Of a stretch of DNA of 32,000 nucleotides, positions 19,109-26,603 are shown piece after piece. The number at the start of each line of letters is the position of its first letter. Positions within the stretch are counted from its first letter, which is position 1. The notes under the pieces are model-generated. The model made no database searches and had not been told where the DNA came from. It saw only the letters and a program-made list of their open reading frames with translations. The translations under genes were made by a program, and so were the position numbers. Source of the stretch: Erysipelothrix inopinata (lineage in GTDB: Bacteria > Bacillota_I > Bacilli_A > Erysipelotrichales > Erysipelotrichaceae); NCBI RefSeq assembly GCF_014396165.1, contig NZ_CP060715.1, positions 240,001 to 272,000 on the forward strand. The letters run 5' to 3'.

Positions 19109-19279
19109 ATATTATTGTGTTGCTATAGACTATTTTCACGACTTGAAGATCAATTATGTATCTTATATTCTATATTTCACGAACTTTTAGCCCTTTCACT
19201 CTGATCTTTCGTGTATGTATTTACATACTAACGCTACGAATAGGTTTCGATTTAGGTAAATCAATTTCTATTATATTCC

Positions 19280-19308
19280 TTGCATTAAACAATTTTTTGA
19301 TTTAATAT
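19280..19308 (+). promoter_or_regulatory. Putative promoter of the TetR/fusion operon
   Basis: TTGCAT (19280-85), a 17-nt spacer, then TAATAT (19303-08). It is immediately followed by the palindrome at 19310-19333. Confidence 0.5.
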
Positions 19309-19351
19309 TAAAAGCGACAATGGTGTCGTTTTTATAGTTGGAGGACATAAT

Positions 19352-19849
19352 ATGAAGGCAAATAATGCAATCAAAGCTATCATCGAATCATCAAAACAGG
19401 TATTTATTACTCAAGGTCTTAATTCTGTATCCATGACTGACATTGTGAATGCCAGTGGTTATAGTCGCGGTGGTGTCTATCGCTACTTCAGTAATGTTGA
19501 TGAAGTGTTCGAAGCATTGATGATGAATGAAATAACAAATCTGAACACTGAAAATTTTGCTTCCTTTAATGATTTTCTACAAACAGAAATTTTCGAACTT
19601 AATAATATTGATCAGACGCTTCGTTTAGCAGGCTATGAATACATGATGCATCATCGCGAAGACTCCACACTCGCTCAATCAATTTTCAAGAAGCATATCA
19701 CACTCATTCAAAATCTAAAGCAATGCTCAGAATCACAAGCACATAAAATATTTGTATTACTTGAGGGCTTGACTGTTCTTAGTTTATCTGGGATTCTTGA
19801 CGATACTACATTACAACAATGCATTAATCTAATTAATCATGAGGTTTAA
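19352..19849 (+). CDS. TetR/AcrR-family transcriptional regulator (short, 165 aa)
   Basis: N-terminal HTH SMTDIVNASGYSRGGVYRYFSN. GGAGG RBS. It ends 5 nt before the next gene. Confidence 0.8.
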   Translation: MKANNAIKAIIESSKQVFITQGLNSVSMTDIVNASGYSRGGVYRYFSNVDEVFEALMMNEITNLNTENFASFNDFLQTEIFELNNIDQTLRLAGYEYMMHHREDSTLAQSIFKKHITLIQNLKQCSESQAHKIFVLLEGLTVLSLSGILDDTTLQQCINLINHEV

Positions 19850-19854
19850 TAATA

Positions 19855-21168
19855 ATGAAAGAATTAAAAACAATACAAAAAGAGACTGGTATTGAATCTC
19901 TAGAACAGGTTCACCATGCATTAATTCTCTTTTATATAAATAAAACGATATCTACTAAAACTATGGCTCAAATGATTAAACTGCCCGTTCCACTCGTCAC
20001 TGCTCTGAAAAAGGAACTTGTTTCCTCCGGATATTTGATAAGGGAAAGCTTCTATGTTTTGAGTTTGAAAGGCATAGAGTATGTGGAATCACAATTGAAT
20101 CTAAAATCATTAGATACGAACCAATATCAATATATATTAGACACTGATTCTAATCGAAACACTTATACTAATATGATAATGGAAACCATCGAACCCTGGT
20201 ATCAAAATCGTCCTACGCCAAAAATGGAATTAGATCAAGCACATGCAACGCGTGAGACTGTAATTCAAAGAGTTATTAAATTAATGGAAGATCCACTAAT
20301 ATTTTCTAAAACCATCGTATTTCTTGGAGATGACGATCTTGTCAGTATTCTTCTATTCAAAGCCATCAATAATCTGGGCGTTATTCCTAATATTACGGTT
20401 CTTGATATCGATACAGATATACTAAATCACGTTGAATCCTTCTCCAACAAAAAAATCATGACACAGATGATCGATTTTAGAGATGAATCAATTTTTATCA
20501 ATATCAAAGCTGACATCATTTTAATGGATCCACCCTATACAATTGCTGGTGTTGAAACATTTACTTCTACTGCCAACAAAATTCTCAATGATCATGGGAA
20601 AGTTTATTTATCAATGAGTCACAAAACAAAATCCGAGCAATTTCAAATTCAAACACTTATCAATCAAAATGGTTGGATGTACACTGAGATATTAGAAAAC
20701 TTCAATAGCTATCTCGGCGGATCTATTATTGGAAATAAAAGTAACTTATACGTTATTCAAACATTTCCGCTCGAAGATTCCGAAACGAGCATGTATACCG
20801 CAGATTCAAGGAAATCAAAGAACTCTATTCAGCTCGGATATCAAGGCATGTATGAGCTTAGAGATTGTGACTACGACACCTTAACGAGCGTTGATGTTGT
20901 AAGAAGATTACTGTACGAGGTTACAACAGAATTTAATCTTCATGCAGTCACTGATGAGTTTCACCAATTTAACCCTTATGGCGTGAGTGGTGCTATCATC
21001 TTACAAGAATCTCACCTTGCGATACACACTTGGCCCGAACATCATTATGCAGCGGTAGATCTCTTCGTTTGCCATCCAGGTCTTAATGAATACAAAGTTC
21101 TAGAATTTCTAAAAGAGAGCTTTAAGGCAAACAGAGCAACAGTTAGAAAAACTAAACGAACAAGTTAA
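19855..21168 (+). CDS. Fusion protein: BpsA/DUF43-like aminopropyltransferase (N-terminal, about 320 aa) plus class 1 pyruvoyl S-adenosylmethionine decarboxylase (C-terminal, about 115 aa)
   Basis: The N-terminal part carries FLGDDDLVS (the GDDD motif of branched-chain polyamine synthase BpsA) and ILMDPPYT. The C-terminal part aligns by eye with B. subtilis SpeD: GVSGAIILQESHLAIHTWPEHHYAAVDLFVC. The self-processing E385/S386 site is at 21007-21012. Confidence 0.7.
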   Translation: MKELKTIQKETGIESLEQVHHALILFYINKTISTKTMAQMIKLPVPLVTALKKELVSSGYLIRESFYVLSLKGIEYVESQLNLKSLDTNQYQYILDTDSNRNTYTNMIMETIEPWYQNRPTPKMELDQAHATRETVIQRVIKLMEDPLIFSKTIVFLGDDDLVSILLFKAINNLGVIPNITVLDIDTDILNHVESFSNKKIMTQMIDFRDESIFINIKADIILMDPPYTIAGVETFTSTANKILNDHGKVYLSMSHKTKSEQFQIQTLINQNGWMYTEILENFNSYLGGSIIGNKSNLYVIQTFPLEDSETSMYTADSRKSKNSIQLGYQGMYELRDCDYDTLTSVDVVRRLLYEVTTEFNLHAVTDEFHQFNPYGVSGAIILQESHLAIHTWPEHHYAAVDLFVCHPGLNEYKVLEFLKESFKANRATVRKTKRTS

Positions 21169-21180
21169 TTTTTTTTGATA

Positions 21181-21206
21181 CAAAAGCGACATCGATGTCG
21201 CTTTTG
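21181..21206 (+). terminator. Terminator after the fusion gene (perfect 26-nt palindrome)
   Basis: CAAAAGCGACATCGATGTCGCTTTTG followed by TATT. Confidence 0.75.
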
Positions 21207-21301
21207 TATTGTTCTAAATGCACATAGTTTGCAATCTACAGGAGCTTGTCATAAACTAATCGTAGACAACAAATGTCTATAATATCTAGGAGGTAGTAAA
21301 G

Positions 21302-21616
21302 ATGATCAAAGATATTAAGAATAATGTAATATGTAATGAAGATACCGAGTATACCATTCTCCAATTTTGGGCACCCTGGTGTGGCCCTTGCCGAATGATG
21401 AAACCGGTAGTTGAGGAGTTGTCCGAGGATAGTAATTTTGGGAATGTTTCTTTCCAACGTGTTAATGTCGATGAAAACCCCTTACTATCAAATTATCATC
21501 ATGTTCAAAGTATCCCAACTCTTTTAGTTTTGAAAGGTGATACACTCGTGGAAACACTAGTCGGATTCAAACCAAAGAATAAACTCATGGAAGAACTGAA
21601 TCGAGTCTTAATCTAA
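21302..21616 (+). CDS. trxA: Thioredoxin
   Basis: 104 aa with the WAPWCGPCR active site and a cis-Pro context SIPTLLV. AGGAGG RBS. Confidence 0.9.
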   Translation: MIKDIKNNVICNEDTEYTILQFWAPWCGPCRMMKPVVEELSEDSNFGNVSFQRVNVDENPLLSNYHHVQSIPTLLVLKGDTLVETLVGFKPKNKLMEELNRVLI

Positions 21617-21685
21617 TATATATATATTAAATGTGTGTTTCATTTCAATACATATGATAGAATAAGAAAAAAGCAGGTGATTATT

Positions 21686-22066
21686 ATGAAATATTCAAAA
21701 GCAACGAATTATGCGCTTCATGTTGTACAACTTATTTACAAGAATGGTGACGAGGAAGCAATGAGTGTATCTAAAATCGCAGGTGAACTTCAAGTGGCTC
21801 CTTCTTATCTTTCCAAAATACTTGCAACCCTCGTTAAACAAGGAATTTTAGAAGCAGTATCTGGAGTTAATGGAGGATACCGTATCAATGCATCACATGA
21901 TAAGATTACCATGTTGGATGTTATCCATGCCATTGAAGGTTCCCAATCTATGTTTGATTGTGATCCAAAGCATGGTCCAAACTGCACAATCTATCAGAAA
22001 ATGAAAGAATCAGAAACGCAAATGGAAGCATTCCTTTCTTCCATCTATATTTCTGACTTAGTTTAA
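21686..22066 (+). CDS. Rrf2-family transcriptional regulator (2-Cys type)
   Basis: MKYSKATNYALHVV is the typical Rrf2 N-terminus. The HTH is VSKIAGELQVAPSYLSKIL. I chose the internal ATG at 21686 (AGGTGA RBS) over the track start at 21635. The only cysteines are C92 and C100 (CDPKHGPNC). Confidence 0.8.
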   Translation: MKYSKATNYALHVVQLIYKNGDEEAMSVSKIAGELQVAPSYLSKILATLVKQGILEAVSGVNGGYRINASHDKITMLDVIHAIEGSQSMFDCDPKHGPNCTIYQKMKESETQMEAFLSSIYISDLV

Positions 22067-22077
22067 TCTTCAAGAAT

Positions 22078-22105
22078 AAAATGCGAGCCACATGGGTTCG
22101 CATTT
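22078..22105. terminator. Imperfect bidirectional terminator
   Basis: AAATGCGAGCC-ACAT-GGGTTCGCATTT with a bulge. Confidence 0.5.
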
Positions 22106-22291
22106 TCATTTCCAGTTTTTATATTGTTGATACGCAGCATAAATCAGTACACCGACACAGGTAAGGCTTACTATATAATCAAGCGGTAGAAGTGAGGATG
22201 GCATCGTTACGTTAAAATACGCAAATCCCTTGGTTGTTATAAGCAGATATAGAATAGCAAATAATGATAGGATATGAATCGTTTTCTTCAA
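22106..22291 (-). CDS. Small two-helix membrane protein (about 61 aa, probable TTG start)
   Basis: GAGAGGTGA RBS 7 nt upstream of TTG at 22291. The product KKTIHILSLFAILYLLITT...VSLTCVGVLIYAAY is hydrophobic. The longer track ORF has no RBS. Confidence 0.4.
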   Translation of the reverse strand: MKKTIHILSLFAILYLLITTKGFAYFNVTMPSSLLPLDYIVSLTCVGVLIYAAYQQYKNWK

Positions 22292-22368
22292 AAAAATCAC
22301 CTCTCTTACTCTATAGTAACGCAATTCATTTGGAATATGAAGCAACTCATAATTTGTTTAGAAAAATA

Positions 22369-22397
22369 TTTACAAGTATGCCTTAGAGGTCTATAAT
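22369..22397 (+). promoter_or_regulatory. Near-consensus promoter of the solitary tRNA-Gly
   Basis: TTTACA (22369-74), a 17-nt spacer, then TATAAT (22392-97). Confidence 0.7.
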
Positions 22398-22414
22398 TAA
22401 TTTGTAATTGATTT

Positions 22415-22488
22415 GCGGGTGTAGTTTAATGGTAAAACTCCAGCCTTCCAAGCTGGCTACGGGAGTTCGATTCTCCTCACCCGCTCCA
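22415..22488 (+). tRNA. tRNA-Gly (anticodon UCC), second copy
   Basis: Identical in sequence to 17165-17238 but on the opposite strand. Confidence 0.9.
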
Positions 22489-22499
22489 TAAAAAAATAT

Positions 22500-22524
22500 A
22501 ACCCACTCTAAAGTGGGTTTTTTC
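22500..22524. terminator. Terminator after tRNA-Gly, shared with the convergent DUF1963 gene
   Basis: AACCCACT-CTAA-AGTGGGTT followed by TTTTT, preceded by an A-run. Confidence 0.8.
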
Positions 22525-22530
22525 TTACTT

Positions 22531-23955
22531 TTAATAACAATCCCAATTATAAAGAACATCTGAAAAATCTCTTTTTTCTAGATTCTCTTTACTGATAAAG
22601 AAATTTGCGACTCCTGCATCTCCCCAGTCAATACACCTACCTGAAACGCGATCACTATCAATCTGTAAGAGCAGAATCTTATAATTATCAGTCTCATTTC
22701 TTGGATCATATTGTGTAAAAAATGGGTAACCGCTAATTTTATGTCCGTTACTCATTGATAGATCTAACGCATCATCGTAAATATCTCCTAATTCTTCGAC
22801 ACCTATTATGATGGATTCAGGATATAGCTCATTCCATTTCTTGACGAGAGCTGCCTCAGTCCCTTCTAAATATAGAGGAAAATCTTGTATCTCTTTAGTA
22901 AATGTCATCCCAAATTCACCCTCAAAAGGAAATTCTTGGAGAACTTGGTTCGCAAGATATTTTTGTTGAATTCTATCTGGTTTAATAGTTTTATCGATAC
23001 TTTTAATATAACGAACTGAATAACCACTCGTATCACCATCAAAATCCAATCCGTATAGGTCATTACTTTCTATCCAAAACTGAAGGATACCTTCTCGTGG
23101 TAAATTAATTGAAATTTCCGGTAGTTCCTCCAAAACAATTTGCGCAAGCAAACGGAGTGGTTTGCCTTCCTTATTTGTCGGAATAGTTTGGGCTGGATCT
23201 AGATAAGGAAGCCCACCAAGCTTACTCTCAAATATTGTTGGATGTACATTGTGAAATTGAATTGCAATATAATCACTGAGATCATTTTGGTTCAATAAAC
23301 TGCAAACTTTTTCAAACATTTCTTCAGTGACTTTCATTTTTTCTGGTTCAACTGCTCTTTGGATTTTTTGGGGAAGGTATTCATTTTTTCTGTTAAAGTA
23401 TTTCAGCATTTCGAGATTATCAACATATAAAATGTGAGAGTCAGAACCTATATCAAACCGAATAAAACCGAGCTGATCTTTCTTCCATCGGTAATCTAAA
23501 ACTTTAATCCATGATTCAACATCCCCCAAGATATCAAGATCACTTAAATCAGCATCTGGATTTCTATGATGAACTTTTCGAGTAAATTCATCGAGATCAC
23601 AGGAGTTATTCACTTCAAATAAATAATCATGTTCGACAAGTAAATCAATCAACCCAATCCAACGCAAATCATTAATGCTAGTCATTTCAACGTCCAAATT
23701 TCTTTTTTCAAATTTATCATAATTTGCTTTAGCATACTCAAGCGGATTCGTAACACACGCCAAAGCCTCAAAAGACTCTTGTCTGAAGCTGAGAGCATTC
23801 CACAATCCCATATACGCTTTTACCATCATTTCATTAGTTTTTTCTTTTATGGGTTCTGAAATGGTATCCATCTTCGTTGATACTATTTCAATGGTCGAAT
23901 TCGTTTCTTTATTCTTTTTTTTACTCGAAAAGAGTTTATTCATTAGTCTAGCCAT
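22531..23955 (-). CDS. DUF1963 (YwqG-like) domain protein with an N-terminal extension of about 200 aa of unknown function
   Basis: The C-terminal half has SKLGGLPYL, LRLLAQI, HKISGYPFFTQ and IDWGDAGVANFFI, which match the YwqG/DUF1963 pattern as I recall it. AAGGAGG RBS. Confidence 0.6.
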   Translation of the reverse strand: MARLMNKLFSSKKKNKETNSTIEIVSTKMDTISEPIKEKTNEMMVKAYMGLWNALSFRQESFEALACVTNPLEYAKANYDKFEKRNLDVEMTSINDLRWIGLIDLLVEHDYLFEVNNSCDLDEFTRKVHHRNPDADLSDLDILGDVESWIKVLDYRWKKDQLGFIRFDIGSDSHILYVDNLEMLKYFNRKNEYLPQKIQRAVEPEKMKVTEEMFEKVCSLLNQNDLSDYIAIQFHNVHPTIFESKLGGLPYLDPAQTIPTNKEGKPLRLLAQIVLEELPEISINLPREGILQFWIESNDLYGLDFDGDTSGYSVRYIKSIDKTIKPDRIQQKYLANQVLQEFPFEGEFGMTFTKEIQDFPLYLEGTEAALVKKWNELYPESIIIGVEELGDIYDDALDLSMSNGHKISGYPFFTQYDPRNETDNYKILLLQIDSDRVSGRCIDWGDAGVANFFISKENLEKRDFSDVLYNWDCY

Positions 23956-24128
23956 AATAACCTCCTTTTCTTCTTTATACTTAAATACTAGGTTCCAAAG
24001 AGTTACAGGTCAATGTTTAACCAGACATTTTCAACAAACTCTCATTTTAGTAGGTTTAAAACAGTTTTGCTTGTCAAATATCACCACTAATTCACAAACA
24101 GAGTAAAAGATACGTTCTAATAAATAAA

Positions 24129-24150
24129 AACAGTACCTATCGATACTGTT
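24129..24150 (-). terminator. Terminator of the solitary tRNA-Val
   Basis: AACAGTA-N8-TACTGTT with a U-run on the minus strand. Confidence 0.65.
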
Positions 24151-24164
24151 TGTTTTGATATAAA

Positions 24165-24240
24165 TGGTGGAGGTTAACGGGCTCGAACCGCTGACCCTCT
24201 GCTTGTAAGGCAGATGCTCTCCCAACTGAGCTAAACCTCC
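24165..24240 (-). tRNA. tRNA-Val (anticodon UAC), second copy
   Basis: Identical to 17508-17583. The flanks are unrelated. Confidence 0.9.
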
Positions 24241-24316
24241 AAAGTTTGAATGCTTATTAATAATACACCGAATACGAATCAAAGTAAAGTACTCTTTGTA
24301 AAAGTGTGATATATCC

Positions 24317-24913
24317 TTAATCTTCTTTTTCAGCTTGTCTAAAATCTTGAACTGAAAACCCCATTTTCGTCAATTCAGTGGTGACTTTATTCAGTGGTAA
24401 TCCCAAAATATTATTATAATCTCCTTCAATTCTTGATACAAACAATGATGCTTTTCCAGCAATAGAATATCCAGCTCTATCAAAAATATGCTCCTCATTT
24501 TCAAGATACCAATCTATTTCTTCAGAGCTGAGTGATTTAAAGAAAACTTCTGTTTCTTCATAAAAGGATCTTATCTTTCCCGTAGATTTATCGAAAAGAG
24601 TGACACCAGTTATTGCTGTATTTTTTTCTCCCGAGAGCAATTCCATCATCTCTCTTGCTTCACTCAAATTTTTTGGTTTTTCTAAGATTTTTCCATTGAT
24701 AGTAATCACTGAGTCTGCTGAGAGAATAATCCCTTCTTTGATAAGATTTCCAACAGATTTCGCTTTTTGAAACGACAGATCCATACAATACTCTCGGGGA
24801 TCTTCTTTAACAGAAACTTCCTCGATTCGAGATGGGACAGTCTCAAAATTAAAGTCAACAGACTTTAGGATTTGTTTTCGAGTTAATGAATTTGATGCTA
24901 AAATTAGTTTCAT
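24317..24913 (-). CDS. maf: Maf-family nucleoside triphosphate pyrophosphatase
   Basis: MKLILASNS..R..IL at the N-terminus, SADSV, and GKAS...IEGDYNNILGLPL. I chose the ATG at 24913 (GGGAGGA RBS) over the track start at 24931. Confidence 0.85.
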   Translation of the reverse strand: MKLILASNSLTRKQILKSVDFNFETVPSRIEEVSVKEDPREYCMDLSFQKAKSVGNLIKEGIILSADSVITINGKILEKPKNLSEAREMMELLSGEKNTAITGVTLFDKSTGKIRSFYEETEVFFKSLSSEEIDWYLENEEHIFDRAGYSIAGKASLFVSRIEGDYNNILGLPLNKVTTELTKMGFSVQDFRQAEKED

Positions 24914-24927
24914 TCTATCCTCCCAAG

Positions 24928-25356
24928 TCAAACTTCTATTTCCATCGTTAAATAGTATTTCTTCACGCCTTTTACAGGGGTATTTTCAAGTTCACCAAAG
25001 ATATGAAATCCTTGTTTTATATAAAAATCCTTGGCTTGAAAATCAAGAGTTGTTAAAGTAATTCGAGTTGCGTCTTGTTCAATCGCTAAATCTATTAAAT
25101 GCCTCAACAGATTTTCTCCATATCGTTTTCCTCTTGCAATTTTATCTACTGCAAGAAGGTGCAGATGGACAACGTCATCGCGTTGCGTAGCGTAGTAACC
25201 TCCCATCACATTTCCATTTTCAGTTAATATGTATGAGTATTTTTGATATTCAAAAAACAGTTCTTTCCCATTTGAATATTGGTGCTCTTCCAGGAGCTCC
25301 GTAAGATATTCTTGATTCTCTTTATCATTTTTGGGTTCAATTACAATATGATTCAT
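24928..25356 (-). CDS. GNAT-family N-acetyltransferase
   Basis: 142 aa with an acetyl-CoA motif A-like block LLAVDKIARGKRYGENLL. Confidence 0.7.
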   Translation of the reverse strand: MNHIVIEPKNDKENQEYLTELLEEHQYSNGKELFFEYQKYSYILTENGNVMGGYYATQRDDVVHLHLLAVDKIARGKRYGENLLRHLIDLAIEQDATRITLTTLDFQAKDFYIKQGFHIFGELENTPVKGVKKYYLTMEIEV

Positions 25357-25373
25357 ACTAAGACTCCGATCTA

Positions 25374-26048
25374 TTATTTAGTACTTGGCAGACGAATGCC
25401 ATTTCCCCATATTGTTTCAATATACTCTTCAGTATCATAGACACTTATTTTCTTTCTTAGATTGCTAATATAAACATTAATGACATTCAGATCATTAATT
25501 GTAAATTCTGTATCTAAGTGTTCTTTTAGTTCATGTCTGGTAAATATTTTTGTAGGATTCGTTAACAGTAGCTTAAAAAGAAGATATTCTTTATTCGATA
25601 GCTTCATATCCATACCATTCATGGTAATTCGATTAACTTCAGGATCATAGGTGACACGTTTAAAACATATTGGGCCATTAAAGCGATGCTTTCTCTCCGG
25701 CGAAATTGTATCGTTCAGTCTTTGAAAGATGAGTTCTTGATTAATCGGTCTGGAAATATAGTCATCAACCCCCAAACTCATTAACTCTAAAATTTTATTC
25801 ACATCATTATTATTTGAAATTACGAGAAGTGGTACATTAGAACGTGCGCGAAGGCGTGAAACAAGCTCACTCTCACGCGCTAGAAGAATATTCGAGTCAA
25901 AAATAATAGCATCAATATCATTACTACGATAAATCATTTCGGCCATATCAATACTATTGGCAATTAATACATTATAATTTTTTTCAATAATTGTCATGAT
26001 TTCTAAATACAGTTTATGTTCGTTAACTATTAACAGTATCGTTTCCAT
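25374..26048 (-). CDS. OmpR/PhoB-type response regulator with a degenerate receiver domain (orphan)
   Basis: C-terminal winged helix (LSNKEYLLFKLLL...IETIWGNGIRL). The receiver has N9-E10 in place of the acidic pair, D51 at the phosphoacceptor position, S78, and R100 in place of the invariant Lys. There is no histidine kinase in the window. Confidence 0.75.
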   Translation of the reverse strand: METILLIVNEHKLYLEIMTIIEKNYNVLIANSIDMAEMIYRSNDIDAIIFDSNILLARESELVSRLRARSNVPLLVISNNNDVNKILELMSLGVDDYISRPINQELIFQRLNDTISPERKHRFNGPICFKRVTYDPEVNRITMNGMDMKLSNKEYLLFKLLLTNPTKIFTRHELKEHLDTEFTINDLNVINVYISNLRKKISVYDTEEYIETIWGNGIRLPSTK

Positions 26049-26243
26049 ACATCTCTTCCCCTCTATAACTTGTTCTTATTATATCATGCTTTTTATGAAT
26101 GATTCTTCACAGGATACGTGTATTTATGCTTATTATTCCGTGAATATAACTATTATCGCTTTTTTTTATTTTTTTTTACCAAAAATGCACATCTGTAACT
26201 TTCATATATGATAGAATATATGCGCTCGTTAAGGAGAAATTTC

Positions 26244-26603
26244 ATGAATATCTTAGTTCAATTTTTTATTATATTAGTCTATTCCTTTGTTGGAGACATT
26301 ATTCACACAACATTCAACTTACCTATTCCAGGTAGTATTATCGGCCTTGTCTTATTGTTCATTTCGCTAAAAACAAAAGTTCTCAAATTAGAATCTATCG
26401 AACGTGCTGGTAACTGGTTGAAAAGTAATATGGCACTCCTCTTTGTTCCTATTACCGTGGGAATCATGCCCTACTTTAATGTCATTCAAAAGAACTGGGT
26501 TGAAGTTACTCTCATAATGGTAATAAGTACAATTATCACCTATCTCGTTACTGCCTTTATTGCAGAATATATCTTAAAGAAGGAGGATAAAAAAAATGCT
26601 TAG
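26244..26603 (+). CDS. lrgA: CidA/LrgA-family holin-like membrane protein
   Basis: About 119 aa with four hydrophobic helices and an LLFVPITVG motif. AAGGAGA RBS for the ATG at 26244. A TGATAGAAT extended -10 lies at 26210-26218. Confidence 0.8.
   Translation: MNILVQFFIILVYSFVGDIIHTTFNLPIPGSIIGLVLLFISLKTKVLKLESIERAGNWLKSNMALLFVPITVGIMPYFNVIQKNWVEVTLIMVISTIITYLVTAFIAEYILKKEDKKNA

Noticed and set aside
19109-19279. Short TTTCACGA-type direct and inverted repeats after tRNA-Gln as a possible remnant att site.
   Set aside because: The repeats are only 8-11 nt long and imperfect, they are unrelated to the tRNA-Gln 3' end, and there is no integrase. The evidence is insufficient.
17165-24240. Duplicate tRNA-Gly (17165-17238 and 22415-22488, inverted) and tRNA-Val (17508-17583 and 24165-24240, direct) as possible att sites bounding a genomic island.
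   Set aside because: Identity stops exactly at the tRNA ends. Each copy is full length with its own promoter and terminator. No integrase or recombinase lies between them, and the interval contains housekeeping genes (pta, trxA). These are ordinary multicopy tRNA genes.
26588-26595. An A8 tract at the lrgA/lrgB overlap and T7-T8 tracts elsewhere as possible phase-variation switches.
   Set aside because: The tracts are short for efficient slippage and are common in such AT-rich DNA, and I have no read-level evidence here.
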